A DNA stretch of 64,000 nt from an uncultured archaeon (GCA_963799775.1 CAWCYD010000003.1:832001-896000); one strand, 5' to 3'; shown: positions 39,762 through 48,698, counted from the first letter of the stretch. Numbers and translations are program-made. Notes: generated by a model not told the origin, from the sequence alone.

Positions 39762-41159
39762 TTGTTCCAGTACTCCGTGCTAGGACAGCAGACCCGAAGA
39801 AACGCCGCTAAGATAGCGACGGCAGCAACTATAGTATTGATATCACTAGGCCTCGTTTCATATCCTGGTGCTAGACTCGTCTCAGCGACGACGACTCCAG
39901 CTGGCGTGATGATACCCCTCTACGTCTACCCGGGCAGCGCGTGGACGGCCATCATCCAAGCGAAGCAGGCCAACCCCTCGGTCCCGGTGATAGCGATAAT
40001 CAACCCCAATAGCGGGCCTGGGAGCGCCTCTGACCCCGCCTATGTCTCCGGCATCCAGCAGCTCCAGGCCGCGGGGATCATGGTCTTGGGATACGACCAC
40101 ACGAGCTACGGGGCCAGGTCGGTGACCGACGTGGAGGCCGACGCTGCGCACTACAACTCCTGGTATCACGTCAACGGCCTCTTCTTCGACGAGATGGCTG
40201 CCACGACTGGATACGAGGGCTACTACTCGACGATAAACGCGTACGCAAAGTCGCTCGGGATGACCTACACAGTCGGGAACCCCGGGACGACGCTCCCCTC
40301 GAGCTACATGGGGATACTCAACAACCTCGTGATATACGAGGACTCGGGACTCACAGCGACCTCGAGCCTCCCCTCGAGCTACCCTGGATCTTCCGCGGGG
40401 GAGTTCTCCGTGATCTCATACGCCGACCCAGAGCCGACGACCGCCCAAGTCCAGGGCATCGCCGCCAACGTGGGCTACGTCTACTTCACCGACGCAAACC
40501 TCCCGAACCCCTACGGCGCGCTCCCGAGCTACCTTGCAGCGGAGGTCTCGATGCTCGCGTCACCGAGCACGCCCAGCACGACCACGGCGACCACGACCTC
40601 CAATCCGCCGGTCACCACCACGACCTCGAACCCGCCCTCGACCACGACGACCACGGTGACCCAGGTCCAGTACACGACGGTGACCTCCACAGCGACCGCC
40701 TACGCCACCACGACGGCGACCGCCCAGGCGACGGTCACCTCCACCCACACGGCCAACACCACGACCACGAGCACCCAGACGCTGACCGCGAACGCGACCA
40801 CCACGGACACGACGACCGAGACCGCGACGGCGGTGACGACCGGGACTCAGACCGTCAACTCGACGCTCACTGACACTGCGACCACCACTCAGACGGAGAC
40901 GGAGACCGCGACCACGACGACGACCATGACGCTCACGGCGCAGGCGCCTGTCGCTCCGCCCGCCCTTGCGGCGCCGGCGTTCTTCTCAGGGGTTGTGATG
41001 AACTCGACGTCCCCGATCGCGAAGCCGACACCGGCTCCGAGCGCGATAGCCTCCATCAGGAATGCGGTGGTGGACGCCGCGCAGGCGGTGAGGGCGGCCT
41101 TCGCGGACGTGCTGCAGCACTTGGGACATGCGCTGCAGCTGCTGACATCGGTCTTCTAG
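39762..41159 (+). CDS. Secreted spherulin-4 family (GH135-like) glycan hydrolase with Thr-rich stalk
   Basis: Signal peptide, IPLYVYP, IINPNSGPG, GYDHTSY, GLFFDE, GNPGT, VIYED, VYFTD; long Thr-rich region; amphipathic C-terminal helix. Confidence 0.85.
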   Translation: MFQYSVLGQQTRRNAAKIATAATIVLISLGLVSYPGARLVSATTTPAGVMIPLYVYPGSAWTAIIQAKQANPSVPVIAIINPNSGPGSASDPAYVSGIQQLQAAGIMVLGYDHTSYGARSVTDVEADAAHYNSWYHVNGLFFDEMAATTGYEGYYSTINAYAKSLGMTYTVGNPGTTLPSSYMGILNNLVIYEDSGLTATSSLPSSYPGSSAGEFSVISYADPEPTTAQVQGIAANVGYVYFTDANLPNPYGALPSYLAAEVSMLASPSTPSTTTATTTSNPPVTTTTSNPPSTTTTTVTQVQYTTVTSTATAYATTTATAQATVTSTHTANTTTTSTQTLTANATTTDTTTETATAVTTGTQTVNSTLTDTATTTQTETETATTTTTMTLTAQAPVAPPALAAPAFFSGVVMNSTSPIAKPTPAPSAIASIRNAVVDAAQAVRAAFADVLQHLGHALQLLTSVF

Positions 41160-41207
41160 GCCGGGCCTTAGCAAATCATGATGGCCCATATGGGGCCAAG
41201 TATGAGC

Positions 41208-41634
41208 TTAGGACTTTTTCTCGCTCTCAACGAGGCAAGCTCTCCCTGATGCGCCGAGCAACGCGACGTCGATCGAGTTCAGGATGCGTCGCCCGAGCAG
41301 AAGCTTCCCGCCGCCGTGGAGCGGCGTCTCCACTAGCGACTCCATGCGTCGGCCATGGATGTCCAGCTCGACTCTGGCACGCCGCATGACGACATGAACC
41401 TGCGAGCGTCGAATAGGTCCCAAAGCTTTCCCTCGGGACCTCCATCGAAGAAAGGCGGTCATACTCCCGGTCTGGCACCATGAGGTATCCGCCGAAGCCC
41501 GTGTCCAGTGGAGCGGTGAACGTCTCGGTGTGGCCATGGACCGGCTCCCTTGCTCGCAGGACGATTGCCGGCATGGGAGGGTCGGTGGACAGGAAGTCTA
41601 AGCAGCGAACAGCTCTAAGGAGCTCCACAGCCAC
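41208..41634 (-). CDS. Clan AA (retropepsin-like) aspartic protease, frameshift near 41395
   Basis: LDTGFGGYL catalytic motif, flap STLAG, C-terminal LLLGRRIL. Confidence 0.85.
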
Positions 41635-41975
41635 TCCCCGCCTTTGGGTATTTCTTCGCCCATCTTCATCACCAGGGCCTTCGGCTCGCCCGACTCCCTC
41701 ACGAGGCTCGCCGCGCCCTCTAGATCATCTGCTGCACCCCTGAAGCGACCGTCGCTAAAGACGACGAACTTGCCTTTGTACTTCTTGAGAAGCTCACGTT
41801 TTGAGGCGGCGTAGGCAGCGTTGTTCGCGTCCATCTCGGTCGCCACCTGGTTCTCTGAGAGCAGCCGCTCGGTCGCTTCAGACAGGGCCTCGCCTATCTT
41901 CTCGCCCTTGGCGGCGGCCCTCGCCTTCAGCCGTTTGTAGAGTTCGGGGTCGAAGTTCCGCACGAGCACGTCCAT
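41598..41975 (-). CDS. RHH (FitA-like) plus DUF5678-like putative antitoxin
   Basis: MDVLVRNFDPELYKRLKARAA RHH N-terminus; KYKGKFVVFSDG DUF5678-like C-domain; overlaps the protease start. Confidence 0.7.
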   Translation of the reverse strand: MDVLVRNFDPELYKRLKARAAAKGEKIGEALSEATERLLSENQVATEMDANNAAYAASKRELLKKYKGKFVVFSDGRFRGAADDLEGAASLVRESGEPKALVMKMGEEIPKGGEWLWSSLELFAA

Positions 41976-41985
41976 ACCTCAGAGG

Positions 41986-42027
41986 ATTTGATATCGCTTG
42001 TATATTAGTTTATCAATGATATCAAAT
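41986..42027. promoter_or_regulatory. Inverted-repeat operator spanning the promoter of the RHH-protease pair
   Basis: ATTTGATATC (41986-41995) and GATATCAAAT (42018-42027) are perfect 10-bp inverted repeats around an AT-rich core. Confidence 0.65.
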
Positions 42028-42053
42028 GGCCTATTCAATGCGACGAAGGAGCA

Positions 42054-42497
42054 CTAGCGCCACACGTGGATAGCGCCAGTCGGACCCGTGCGAGCGGAAG
42101 CTCGCCTAGAGATTCTCGTAAGGCCTTCGACGTGGTCGAAATCGCTATCGAAGGACACAATTTCCTTGACTTTCATGTCATGCATGATCCGGACGGTAAC
42201 CGAGTCTGCGAACGAGAGTCTTCCCCCGTACTTCGTAAAGATTGAAACGGATCTTTCGTAGAGACGCTTGCTGCCGAATACCGTCTTCGTGTCCGCGCCA
42301 TACAGGACATTCTCGAAGCCCTGTCTAGCCGCCTTGGCTCCCAATCTGGCCCCAACGGAAGTGACGCTCTCGGAGATGACTAGGTCCGAGACCAAGCGCC
42401 CACCCTTCAAGGTGGGAAGAACTGCTGCCGCTTTCTCATGATATTGGTCGTCAATGACAGCAAGGGCGATGACGAACGACGAATCGATGAAGATCAA
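42054..42497 (-). CDS. vapC: VapC PIN-domain toxin
   Basis: IFIDSS, ISES, LSFADS, SFDSDF; TTG start overlaps the antitoxin stop. Confidence 0.9.
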   Translation of the reverse strand: MIFIDSSFVIALAVIDDQYHEKAAAVLPTLKGGRLVSDLVISESVTSVGARLGAKAARQGFENVLYGADTKTVFGSKRLYERSVSIFTKYGGRLSFADSVTVRIMHDMKVKEIVSFDSDFDHVEGLTRISRRASARTGPTGAIHVWR

Positions 42498-42751
42498 AGC
42501 TCTCCTCGCTGCGCCTTCTTCTTCCATTCCACGGCGTTCTCACCCTTCTTTCCACTCGAGCCGAGACCGACGATGTTTTCAAGACCAGGCCTCTTCCTGA
42601 AATCTGTCCTCACCTCGTCGTCCTTCAGGATCCAGACCACCTCGTCCCCGACGTCGACGCCGAACTTCCTTCTGAGCTCTGAGGGGACTGAGATCTGGAA
42701 CCCAGGCGAGATTCTGCTCCGCATGTTCTTCTCCTCAGTCATGGCGCTCAT
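42494..42751 (-). CDS. vapB: AbrB/MazE/SpoVT-type VapB antitoxin
   Basis: FQISVPSELRRKFGVDVGDEVVW. Confidence 0.88.
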   Translation of the reverse strand: MSAMTEEKNMRSRISPGFQISVPSELRRKFGVDVGDEVVWILKDDEVRTDFRKRPGLENIVGLGSSGKKGENAVEWKKKAQRGEL

Positions 42752-42823
42752 GACGGTTGATGCGTGCTATCTATTTAAGCGGCACTGTGAAGTCCGTCGG
42801 AATTGTGAACTGGACAAAGATTG

Positions 42824-44890
42824 TTAACGCCACTCGCGAGGGTATCGCCAGTCTGACCCGTGCGACCGGAAGCTCACCCTGAATATCTCGGGCGGGTAGC
42901 GCTTGTGCTGGGTCTTCTTTACGAGACCCACAATCCGCTCTACCCGCTCTCGCGGCACCCCGAGCTCTTTCGCGACCTGCTCCTCGCTCTCCCAGAGGTC
43001 GAACCTGTGGTAGAGTATCCTGTCGAGCAAGAAGTAGTCGATGCCGAGCTCCCCCTCCGCCGACTGGCCCTCCCACAGCCCGGGCGTGGGGGGCTTGAGG
43101 TAGACGGTCTTTGGGAGGCCAAGGTGGGCGGCGAGCTGCCTCACCTGCGTCTTGAAGAGGTCGCCCAGGGGCAGGACGTCCACCCCGCCGTCGCCGAACT
43201 TTGTATTGCCGCAAAAAGCGTAGTTGCCATTCCGCTCGACAAGCATGTTTTCGAATGGAGGAACCGAGGGGCACCAGACTTTGCCCTTGTAGGGTATCCT
43301 CCTCGCTTTTGAATTATCCAGCTTTCGGGTCCTCATAACGGCCCTAGCATAAGTTATCGCGTAACTAGTCGACGACCTGATTACCTTGCCACTCTTCAAT
43401 CTCGAAACCTTGGGTGGCTTCGTGCTGACCTTCGGTATTCTCCCGAGCTTGACGCACAATTCTACAAAGTCGTCCCGCAGGCGTAGTGAGCTAGTGTAGT
43501 AGACTTCCGGCCCCGCTTGGTTACCGTCGCTAGCTCTTAGTCCTCGGGCTAGAAACACGAGATACTCAGATGGATAGTCCAGTACCCATGGTGGAATGCG
43601 TTTTTGGATTGCGCCGAACCCACATTGCGAAAAGAGGTCGAATAGGCCTTTTGAGGGAATTCTGACCAAGTCTTTCGTCAAGGAATAGCCGATCCCATAC
43701 TTTTCAAGCACAGCAACCAATTGCGTTCTGGCTTCGTTCTTGGTATAGCTCGGGAGCGCAAAATCCGTCTCGTAAGTGTCATAGACCTTCATTGACGGTT
43801 TTGAGACGCCAGGAGAGAGTTGGACGAATTTCCCGCGCCGATCGCGAGCAAGAGCCTGGTACTCCGCCCTAGTAAGATTCGACTTGGCTGGGACCTTTGC
43901 TGTGCCTCTAATTGCAGAGCCATCACCAATGAAAAGTCCGAAAACGAAGAACAAGTCCTCGATCTCAATTGAAATCGTTCTCTCGATGTGCCTCTGGCTG
44001 AAGGTCACTGGGAATTTTGTGAGGAGACCTTTCTTCCCATCCCAACCCGCTGGCACCGGAAGGATCGTGTTCCTGCGGCGTAAGCATTCTTCTGCTGTTC
44101 GGAAAGCCGGTTTCAGATGCTTGGAACGGCCTGGCCACGAGGGGTGAACCAACATTCGATGGTTGGGTGTGACCAAGAGATCGGTGTTCACAGACTTGAA
44201 ATTAATCATGTCGCCATCGTAGTCAAATATGAAGATGTCACCAATGTTGGACTCAACGAGCTTGCCCGAGTTCATATCATACGAGAACACAACATCGTCT
44301 CTCTGCAATTCTTCCAGGCCTCTCGGACCTGATTTTGTCACTACTCGCGTCTTCTCATCATAACAGAAGTAGCCGATGGTGAGCTCCGACTTGTCCCCCG
44401 TGCCCACCACCAGGGCCTTGTGGCTCTGGGCGAACGCGTGGAGGAGGACCATCCTGACGCGGGCCTTTACGTTGCCCACGACCAGCCTGTCCTTCGCGGC
44501 TCCGCCTATCGCCCCCGTGAACGCCCTCACGAGAGGGTCTATCGGCATCTCCTGGAAGTTCCGCTTCGGGACGTTCAGGGCCTTGAGGACCGCGGCGACG
44601 TCCTCTTGGTCCTGCCGGGAGGTCGAATCGCTCGGGAGGTAGTAGAGGTGCACTCGCGATGGGCCGACCGCCTTGACGGCGATCGACGCCGCCACGGAGG
44701 AGTCGACGCCGCCGCTCAGCCCGAGGACGGCCGCCTTTCCCTGGGAGTATTGCTCGAGATACTTCCGCAGGCGCTTTACGAGGTATCCGACGACCTCGTC
44801 CCCGTCGACCTTGAGCTCCTCGGGTATCTTGTCATCGAAGTCCGATCCGGATTCGAGGGACCTCGCAACCAGACTTTCGGCTCTCTTCAT
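42824..44890 (-). CDS. nadE: NAD+ synthetase (synthetase subunit) interrupted by an intein
   Basis: LGLSGGVDS, GNVKARVRM, GTGDKSE, GYF|TKFGDGG, GDLFKTQV, KPPTPGLWEGQ, QHKR; start could be as far up as 44974. Confidence 0.95.
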   Translation of the reverse strand: MKRAESLVARSLESGSDFDDKIPEELKVDGDEVVGYLVKRLRKYLEQYSQGKAAVLGLSGGVDSSVAASIAVKAVGPSRVHLYYLPSDSTSRQDQEDVAAVLKALNVPKRNFQEMPIDPLVRAFTGAIGGAAKDRLVVGNVKARVRMVLLHAFAQSHKALVVGTGDKSELTIGYFCYDEKTRVVTKSGPRGLEELQRDDVVFSYDMNSGKLVESNIGDIFIFDYDGDMINFKSVNTDLLVTPNHRMLVHPSWPGRSKHLKPAFRTAEECLRRRNTILPVPAGWDGKKGLLTKFPVTFSQRHIERTISIEIEDLFFVFGLFIGDGSAIRGTAKVPAKSNLTRAEYQALARDRRGKFVQLSPGVSKPSMKVYDTYETDFALPSYTKNEARTQLVAVLEKYGIGYSLTKDLVRIPSKGLFDLFSQCGFGAIQKRIPPWVLDYPSEYLVFLARGLRASDGNQAGPEVYYTSSLRLRDDFVELCVKLGRIPKVSTKPPKVSRLKSGKVIRSSTSYAITYARAVMRTRKLDNSKARRIPYKGKVWCPSVPPFENMLVERNGNYAFCGNTKFGDGGVDVLPLGDLFKTQVRQLAAHLGLPKTVYLKPPTPGLWEGQSAEGELGIDYFLLDRILYHRFDLWESEEQVAKELGVPRERVERIVGLVKKTQHKRYPPEIFRVSFRSHGSDWRYPREWR
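43205..44365 (-). mobile_element. Intein (387 aa) with LAGLIDADG homing endonuclease in nadE
   Basis: Block A CYDEKTRV, block B VTPNHRM, LAGLIDADG FGLFIGDG and ARGLRASDG, block F/G VWCPSVP..FCGN followed by Thr; lower GC than the exteins. Confidence 0.93.
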
Positions 44891-44994
44891 GGGCAAACCT
44901 TGGAACGCGTTCCTGCGGGCTGCGTGGTCGGTCTCCCTCATAATGCTATGGTGGCGCTTATTTGCCAGTCCCACAATATCGGCTACTAGCCGTT

Positions 44995-45162
44995 ATGCCG
45001 AGACGAAAGGAAAGACCCCTAAGGCCTCAACAGCCGGAAGAGCCCGGTCACCCTGATGTGGTCGAGGCGGTAATCCTCAACGATGAGGTGAGGCGCATGG
45101 CGCCAAAGGGGTGGAGCAACCTCGAAGTAATCAAATACTGGCGAAGAAAGACGAGTACCTAG
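44995..45162 (+). CDS. Small hypothetical protein with a VapB-like C-terminal tail
   Basis: 55 aa ending SNLEVIKYWR, resembling archaeal VapB tails; directly upstream of wHTH copy 1. Confidence 0.45.
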   Translation: MPRRKERPLRPQQPEEPGHPDVVEAVILNDEVRRMAPKGWSNLEVIKYWRRKTST

Positions 45163-45171
45163 CGATCTTTG

Positions 45172-45525
45172 ATGGCATGCAGGCCCGACGAAACATTGCT
45201 GCTCAGATATCTCGGCGCCAGCCCGACATTGAGAATCATAGACTTCTTCATGGACAATCCGCTGTCAGACTACTCGAAGAACGAAATCGCGAAGAATCTG
45301 GCCATGAGCCGCGTGACCTTCTTCAAGTACTGGAAGGAACTTGAGACTTCGGGCGCGGTAAAAGCCACAAGGCACATCGGACGAGCAACGATGTACAAGC
45401 TCGACAGGGCCAACGACGTCGTGAAGCAGCTGATCAAGCTGGACATGACCATTTCGAGAAAGACGATGCAGAAAGCGGTCGAAGAGTATCAGAAACCGAT
45501 CACTGTGAAATCAACGTCTCGCTAG
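45172..45525 (+). CDS. Winged-helix DNA-binding protein, copy 1
   Basis: LGASPTLRIIDFF, YSKNEIAKNLAMSRVTF HTH, TRHIGRATMYKL wing. Confidence 0.85.
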   Translation: MACRPDETLLLRYLGASPTLRIIDFFMDNPLSDYSKNEIAKNLAMSRVTFFKYWKELETSGAVKATRHIGRATMYKLDRANDVVKQLIKLDMTISRKTMQKAVEEYQKPITVKSTSR

Positions 45526-45654
45526 GACCAATCAATGGGCCTCGACGCCCCCAAACCCCCCAAGTCTACTGACTCATTGCGAGCCTCTCAGTGATATAAT
45601 AAACTCAAAATGATCTGTGATGGGCCTGAAGGGATTTCGTTCGATCTTGGGAGC

Positions 45655-46541
45655 TCACAGGGACTCTAAAACTCTGTGAAACTTCTGCCTGTGGTCCTTG
45701 AACGAGCTGAGGCGCCTCGCCCTCTCGACCTCGGACATGTCGAGGCTCACCGTGAGGAGGTCCGGCTCGTATCTCTTGGCGCTGGCGACCACCTCGCCGC
45801 TGGGGGAGACGACCATCGACCCGCCCCAGAAGTACTCCTCCTCTTCCGCGCCCGCGCGGTTTACGAAGACCATGAAGACGCTGCTCATCAGGGCGTGGGC
45901 CGAGAGCAGGCTCCTCCACTGCCTCTCGATGAGGGGCTCGCCTTTGGCGTTGGGCCTGTGTATCCCCCTAGCGGGGGACGAGGCGATGCAGAAGACGACG
46001 TCGGCGCCTTTTCTCGCCAGGGCCTCTGTGGGCTCCGGGTGCCACGCGTCCTCGCAGATGATGACCCCGAACCTCACGCCGGCAGAGGTGAAGGTGCGGA
46101 CGTCGCGCTGGGGGTCGCCAGGGGTGAAGTATCGCTGCTCCTCGAAGAGCCCGTAGGTGGGGAGGTAGAACTTGGGGACCGAGCCGACCAGCTTCCCCTT
46201 GCTGAGGACCGCGGCTGCGTTCTGGACCAGGCCAGCCCTCTTCTCCTTGACGTATCCGACCACGCAAGTGCGGCGTCCTGCGGCCCTTGCGATGCCCTTC
46301 AGCGCGGCCTCGCACTTTCCCGGGCCTCGTAGGCCAGGTCTTTGAGCATGTAGCCCGTGAGGGAGAGCTCCGGGAAGGCCACGACGTCGGTCTTCTCGCC
46401 GCCGAGCTTGTCCAAGATGGCTGCGTGCTCCCTCTCGTTGCTCTGGACGTCGCCGATCCTGGAGGAGAGCTGGGCCAGGGACACTTTCAGGCTTGAACCT
46501 CTTGACCTTCCTGCGCCTCCTTCTCGTGCTTGAGGATTCAT
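45655..46541 (-). CDS. Nitrilase-superfamily amidase; probable stand-alone glutaminase subunit of NAD synthetase; frameshift near 46320
   Basis: VSLAQL, FPELSLTGY (Glu), KFYLPTYGLFEEQRYF (Lys), ICEDAWH (Cys), FWGGS; same strand just upstream of nadE. Confidence 0.88.
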
Positions 46542-46801
46542 CTGGCGGCACCTAGTCTCATGGGGCGTCTCGCGGCCATAAGTTTCCGCTCCCCTAACCG
46601 ACGCCAGCCTTCTGCAAGCTCTCTTCCGATCCGCGCCTCCTTTACATCAATCAACTGCCAAGCGCCATAGCAGGCCGAAAGCCTTCGAGTCTCGCGGGTG
46701 AGGCGAAGAACCACGTCTGTGAAGCTCTCGCCCTCCGCCCTCTCACACCGAAGCGCCTCGTAAGCCTCTCTCGTTATCGAGACGCTCTTGTTTGGCATCA
46801 T
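46538..46801 (-). CDS. Orphan VapB-type antitoxin (COG1753/DUF217-like)
   Basis: KSVSITREAYEAL..GESFTDVVLRL..GAW; stop overlaps the nitrilase ATG; palindromes ATGCGCGCAT and CTATGCATAG at and just upstream of the start. Confidence 0.8.
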   Translation of the reverse strand: MMPNKSVSITREAYEALRCERAEGESFTDVVLRLTRETRRLSACYGAWQLIDVKEARIGRELAEGWRRLGERKLMAARRPMRLGAAR

Positions 46802-46906
46802 GCGCGCATGGTTGCCTATGCATAGATGAAGTTTTCACGATAATTTCTGGCTGGCCCGGGGGCCACGATGTTGGTTTCTTCGCGATCCGCTGTGTCCTGT
46901 TCGAAG

Positions 46907-47188
46907 TCACACATCAGGAAAGAATCTCCGCATGGATGCCATTATCGCCTCGCTCTGCCGTGGATTGAGCGAGACCTGCAGGCCGTAGGAAGTAGGCTTT
47001 GGAATCATCGCACCCTGGCGGATCAGCTCTCTCGTCATCTGGTCGACCCGCTTCAGCCCATGCTTTCCGAGCTCGGACTGATTCCAGCCCTTGATGAGGT
47101 TGTCGAGGGCGGTGTGGCTCGCACCCCAGTTTCCTCTCTTGTGAAGCTTGAACATCAACGTCGCCTTGATCTCATCGTCGGAGAACAT
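46907..47188 (-). CDS. Hypothetical basic protein (93 aa), divergent from wHTH copy 2
   Basis: Clean ORF with WGASHT and KPTSYGLQVSLNP; AT-rich shared promoter with imperfect direct repeats. Confidence 0.7.
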   Translation of the reverse strand: MFSDDEIKATLMFKLHKRGNWGASHTALDNLIKGWNQSELGKHGLKRVDQMTRELIRQGAMIPKPTSYGLQVSLNPRQSEAIMASMRRFFPDV

Positions 47189-47252
47189 GAGTTCACTTAT
47201 GATACTTTGAACGATTAATCTTATATACTTTCAAACCTAACAAAATATCTTG

Positions 47253-47615
47253 ATGGGATACAAGCCCGACGAAACACTCCTGCTTCGATATCTCGGCGCC
47301 AGCCCGACGCTGAGAATCATAGACTTCTTCTTGGACAATCCGCTGTCAGACTACTCGAAGAACGAAATCGCGAAGAACCTTGCCATGAGCCGCGTGACCT
47401 TCTTCAAGTACTGGAAGGAACTTGAGACTTCGGGCGCGGTAAAAGCCACAAGGCACATCGGACGAGCAACGATGTACAAGCTCGACAGGGCCAACGACGT
47501 CGTGAAGCAGCTAATCAAGCTGGACATGACCATTTCGAGAAAGACGATGGAACGAGCGGTCGAAGAGTATCAGAGACCGATCACAGTGAAGTCAAGGCCT
47601 TCTAGGGCCGGCTAG
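47253..47615 (+). CDS. Winged-helix DNA-binding protein, copy 2
   Basis: About 94% nt identical (manual count) to 45172..45525. Confidence 0.88.
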   Translation: MGYKPDETLLLRYLGASPTLRIIDFFLDNPLSDYSKNEIAKNLAMSRVTFFKYWKELETSGAVKATRHIGRATMYKLDRANDVVKQLIKLDMTISRKTMERAVEEYQRPITVKSRPSRAG

Positions 47616-47644
47616 TCGTGCTCCAAGGCGCCCCAGATCTGGGA
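47592..47644 (+). repeat. Inter-cassette direct repeat R1
   Basis: TCAAGGCCTTCTAGGGCCGGCTAGTCGTGCTCCAAGGCGCCCCAGATCTGGGA, aligns with R2 and R3. Confidence 0.85.
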
Positions 47645-47763
47645 CTAGGCTGAGACCCCCCGTGTCTTACTATGGGCGTGGTGACTCCGAGGCCAAACAC
47701 CATCTTATGAGAAATATGGCATTAGATTTATATTCTGGTGATGCATCGTTTGAGGGAAGCGAG

Positions 47764-48015
47764 ATGAGCAACGTGGAGGTAAAGGAGATTGACGAGCAGG
47801 GGCGCCTAATAATCCCGAAGAAATGGAGGAGCATGGTCCTCAAGGGGGACAAGGTGGTCCTGAGACTAAAAGAGAACTCGATTGAGATCGAGCCCTGGAA
47901 GAAGCCCGACCTCACCCGCTTCTTCGACAGCGTGGAAGCCGACGTGAAGAGCGACCTGTCGGACTGGCGCGCCGTGAGGAGGGAGCTCAGGAGGCGTCCC
48001 GATGAGGTTCGCTGA
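47764..48015 (+). CDS. vapB: AbrB/MazE/SpoVT-type VapB antitoxin
   Basis: IDEQGRLIIPKKWR, GDKVVL; overlaps the PIN gene. Confidence 0.88.
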   Translation: MSNVEVKEIDEQGRLIIPKKWRSMVLKGDKVVLRLKENSIEIEPWKKPDLTRFFDSVEADVKSDLSDWRAVRRELRRRPDEVR

Positions 48016-48421
48016 CAGCAACGTCTTCGTCCATGCGTTTCTAAAGCCGAGGCGAGACCTCTCAGAGTCGGAGAAAAAGCTGAAGGAGGACGCGAAGAAG
48101 ATAGTCTCCCGGGTCAACTCAGGCGAGAAGGTCATGACCTCGGTGGTGCACATCGCCGAGATAGCCAACATCCTCGAGGACAACCTCGAGGCGGGGGCCT
48201 CACAAGAGATACTCAGGTCCCTCTTGATGAACGAGCATCTGGAGATAGACAGCGTCTCTAGAGAGGACTGTCTGTCGGCGATGGGCGAGATGGAGGAGCA
48301 CTCGCTCGGGCTCAACGACTCGATAGCGCACGCCGTTATGAGGAGAAACGGCCTCGTCGAGATCTACTCGTTCGACAAGGACTTTGACAGGCTCGACGAC
48401 GTCACAAGGGTCAGCCGGTGA
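48002..48421 (+). CDS. vapC: VapC PIN-domain toxin
   Basis: RFADSNVF, HIAE, LGLND, YSFDKDFD. Confidence 0.92.
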   Translation: MRFADSNVFVHAFLKPRRDLSESEKKLKEDAKKIVSRVNSGEKVMTSVVHIAEIANILEDNLEAGASQEILRSLLMNEHLEIDSVSREDCLSAMGEMEEHSLGLNDSIAHAVMRRNGLVEIYSFDKDFDRLDDVTRVSR

Positions 48422-48492
48422 AGTTTGAGCTCGAGATAGATGTCAAAAGGGATCAATGGAACCCCCTCGCTGATGAAGCTGAAATGGAACTT

Positions 48493-48584
48493 TCTCTGTC
48501 CTTCTCTCAAGGGCCTTCTAAGGCCGGCTAGTTGTGCTCGAAAGGAGCCCAACGTCTGGATTCGGAAAAAGACCTGTGAGTCGT
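48493..48584 (+). repeat. Inter-cassette direct repeat R2
   Basis: TCAAGGGCCTTCTAAGGCCGGCTAGTTGTGCTCG...TGGATTCGGAAAAAGACCTGTGAGT, closely matching R3. Confidence 0.88.
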
Positions 48585-48698
48585 CAACAAGTTTCAGCCA
48601 ACTGAAAAGCGGCGGGCTGGACCGACTGTGACTTTGCAGGCAGGGACGGTGGAGGAAGTTAAATTGGAATTCGAAGACATGGATAGTCGCATAGCGAA

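Noticed and set aside
40560-40940. ACC/ACG-rich quasi-repeats (also 4220-4310 and 50940-51010)
   Set aside because: They encode Thr/Ser-rich linkers of surface proteins and are not independent DNA repeats
45511-45620. Possible fourth, degenerate inter-cassette repeat after wHTH copy 1, plus a 12-nt match CTTCTAGGCCGG at 41153
   Set aside because: Similarity is too short and patchy to distinguish from chance by eye; it needs a profile search
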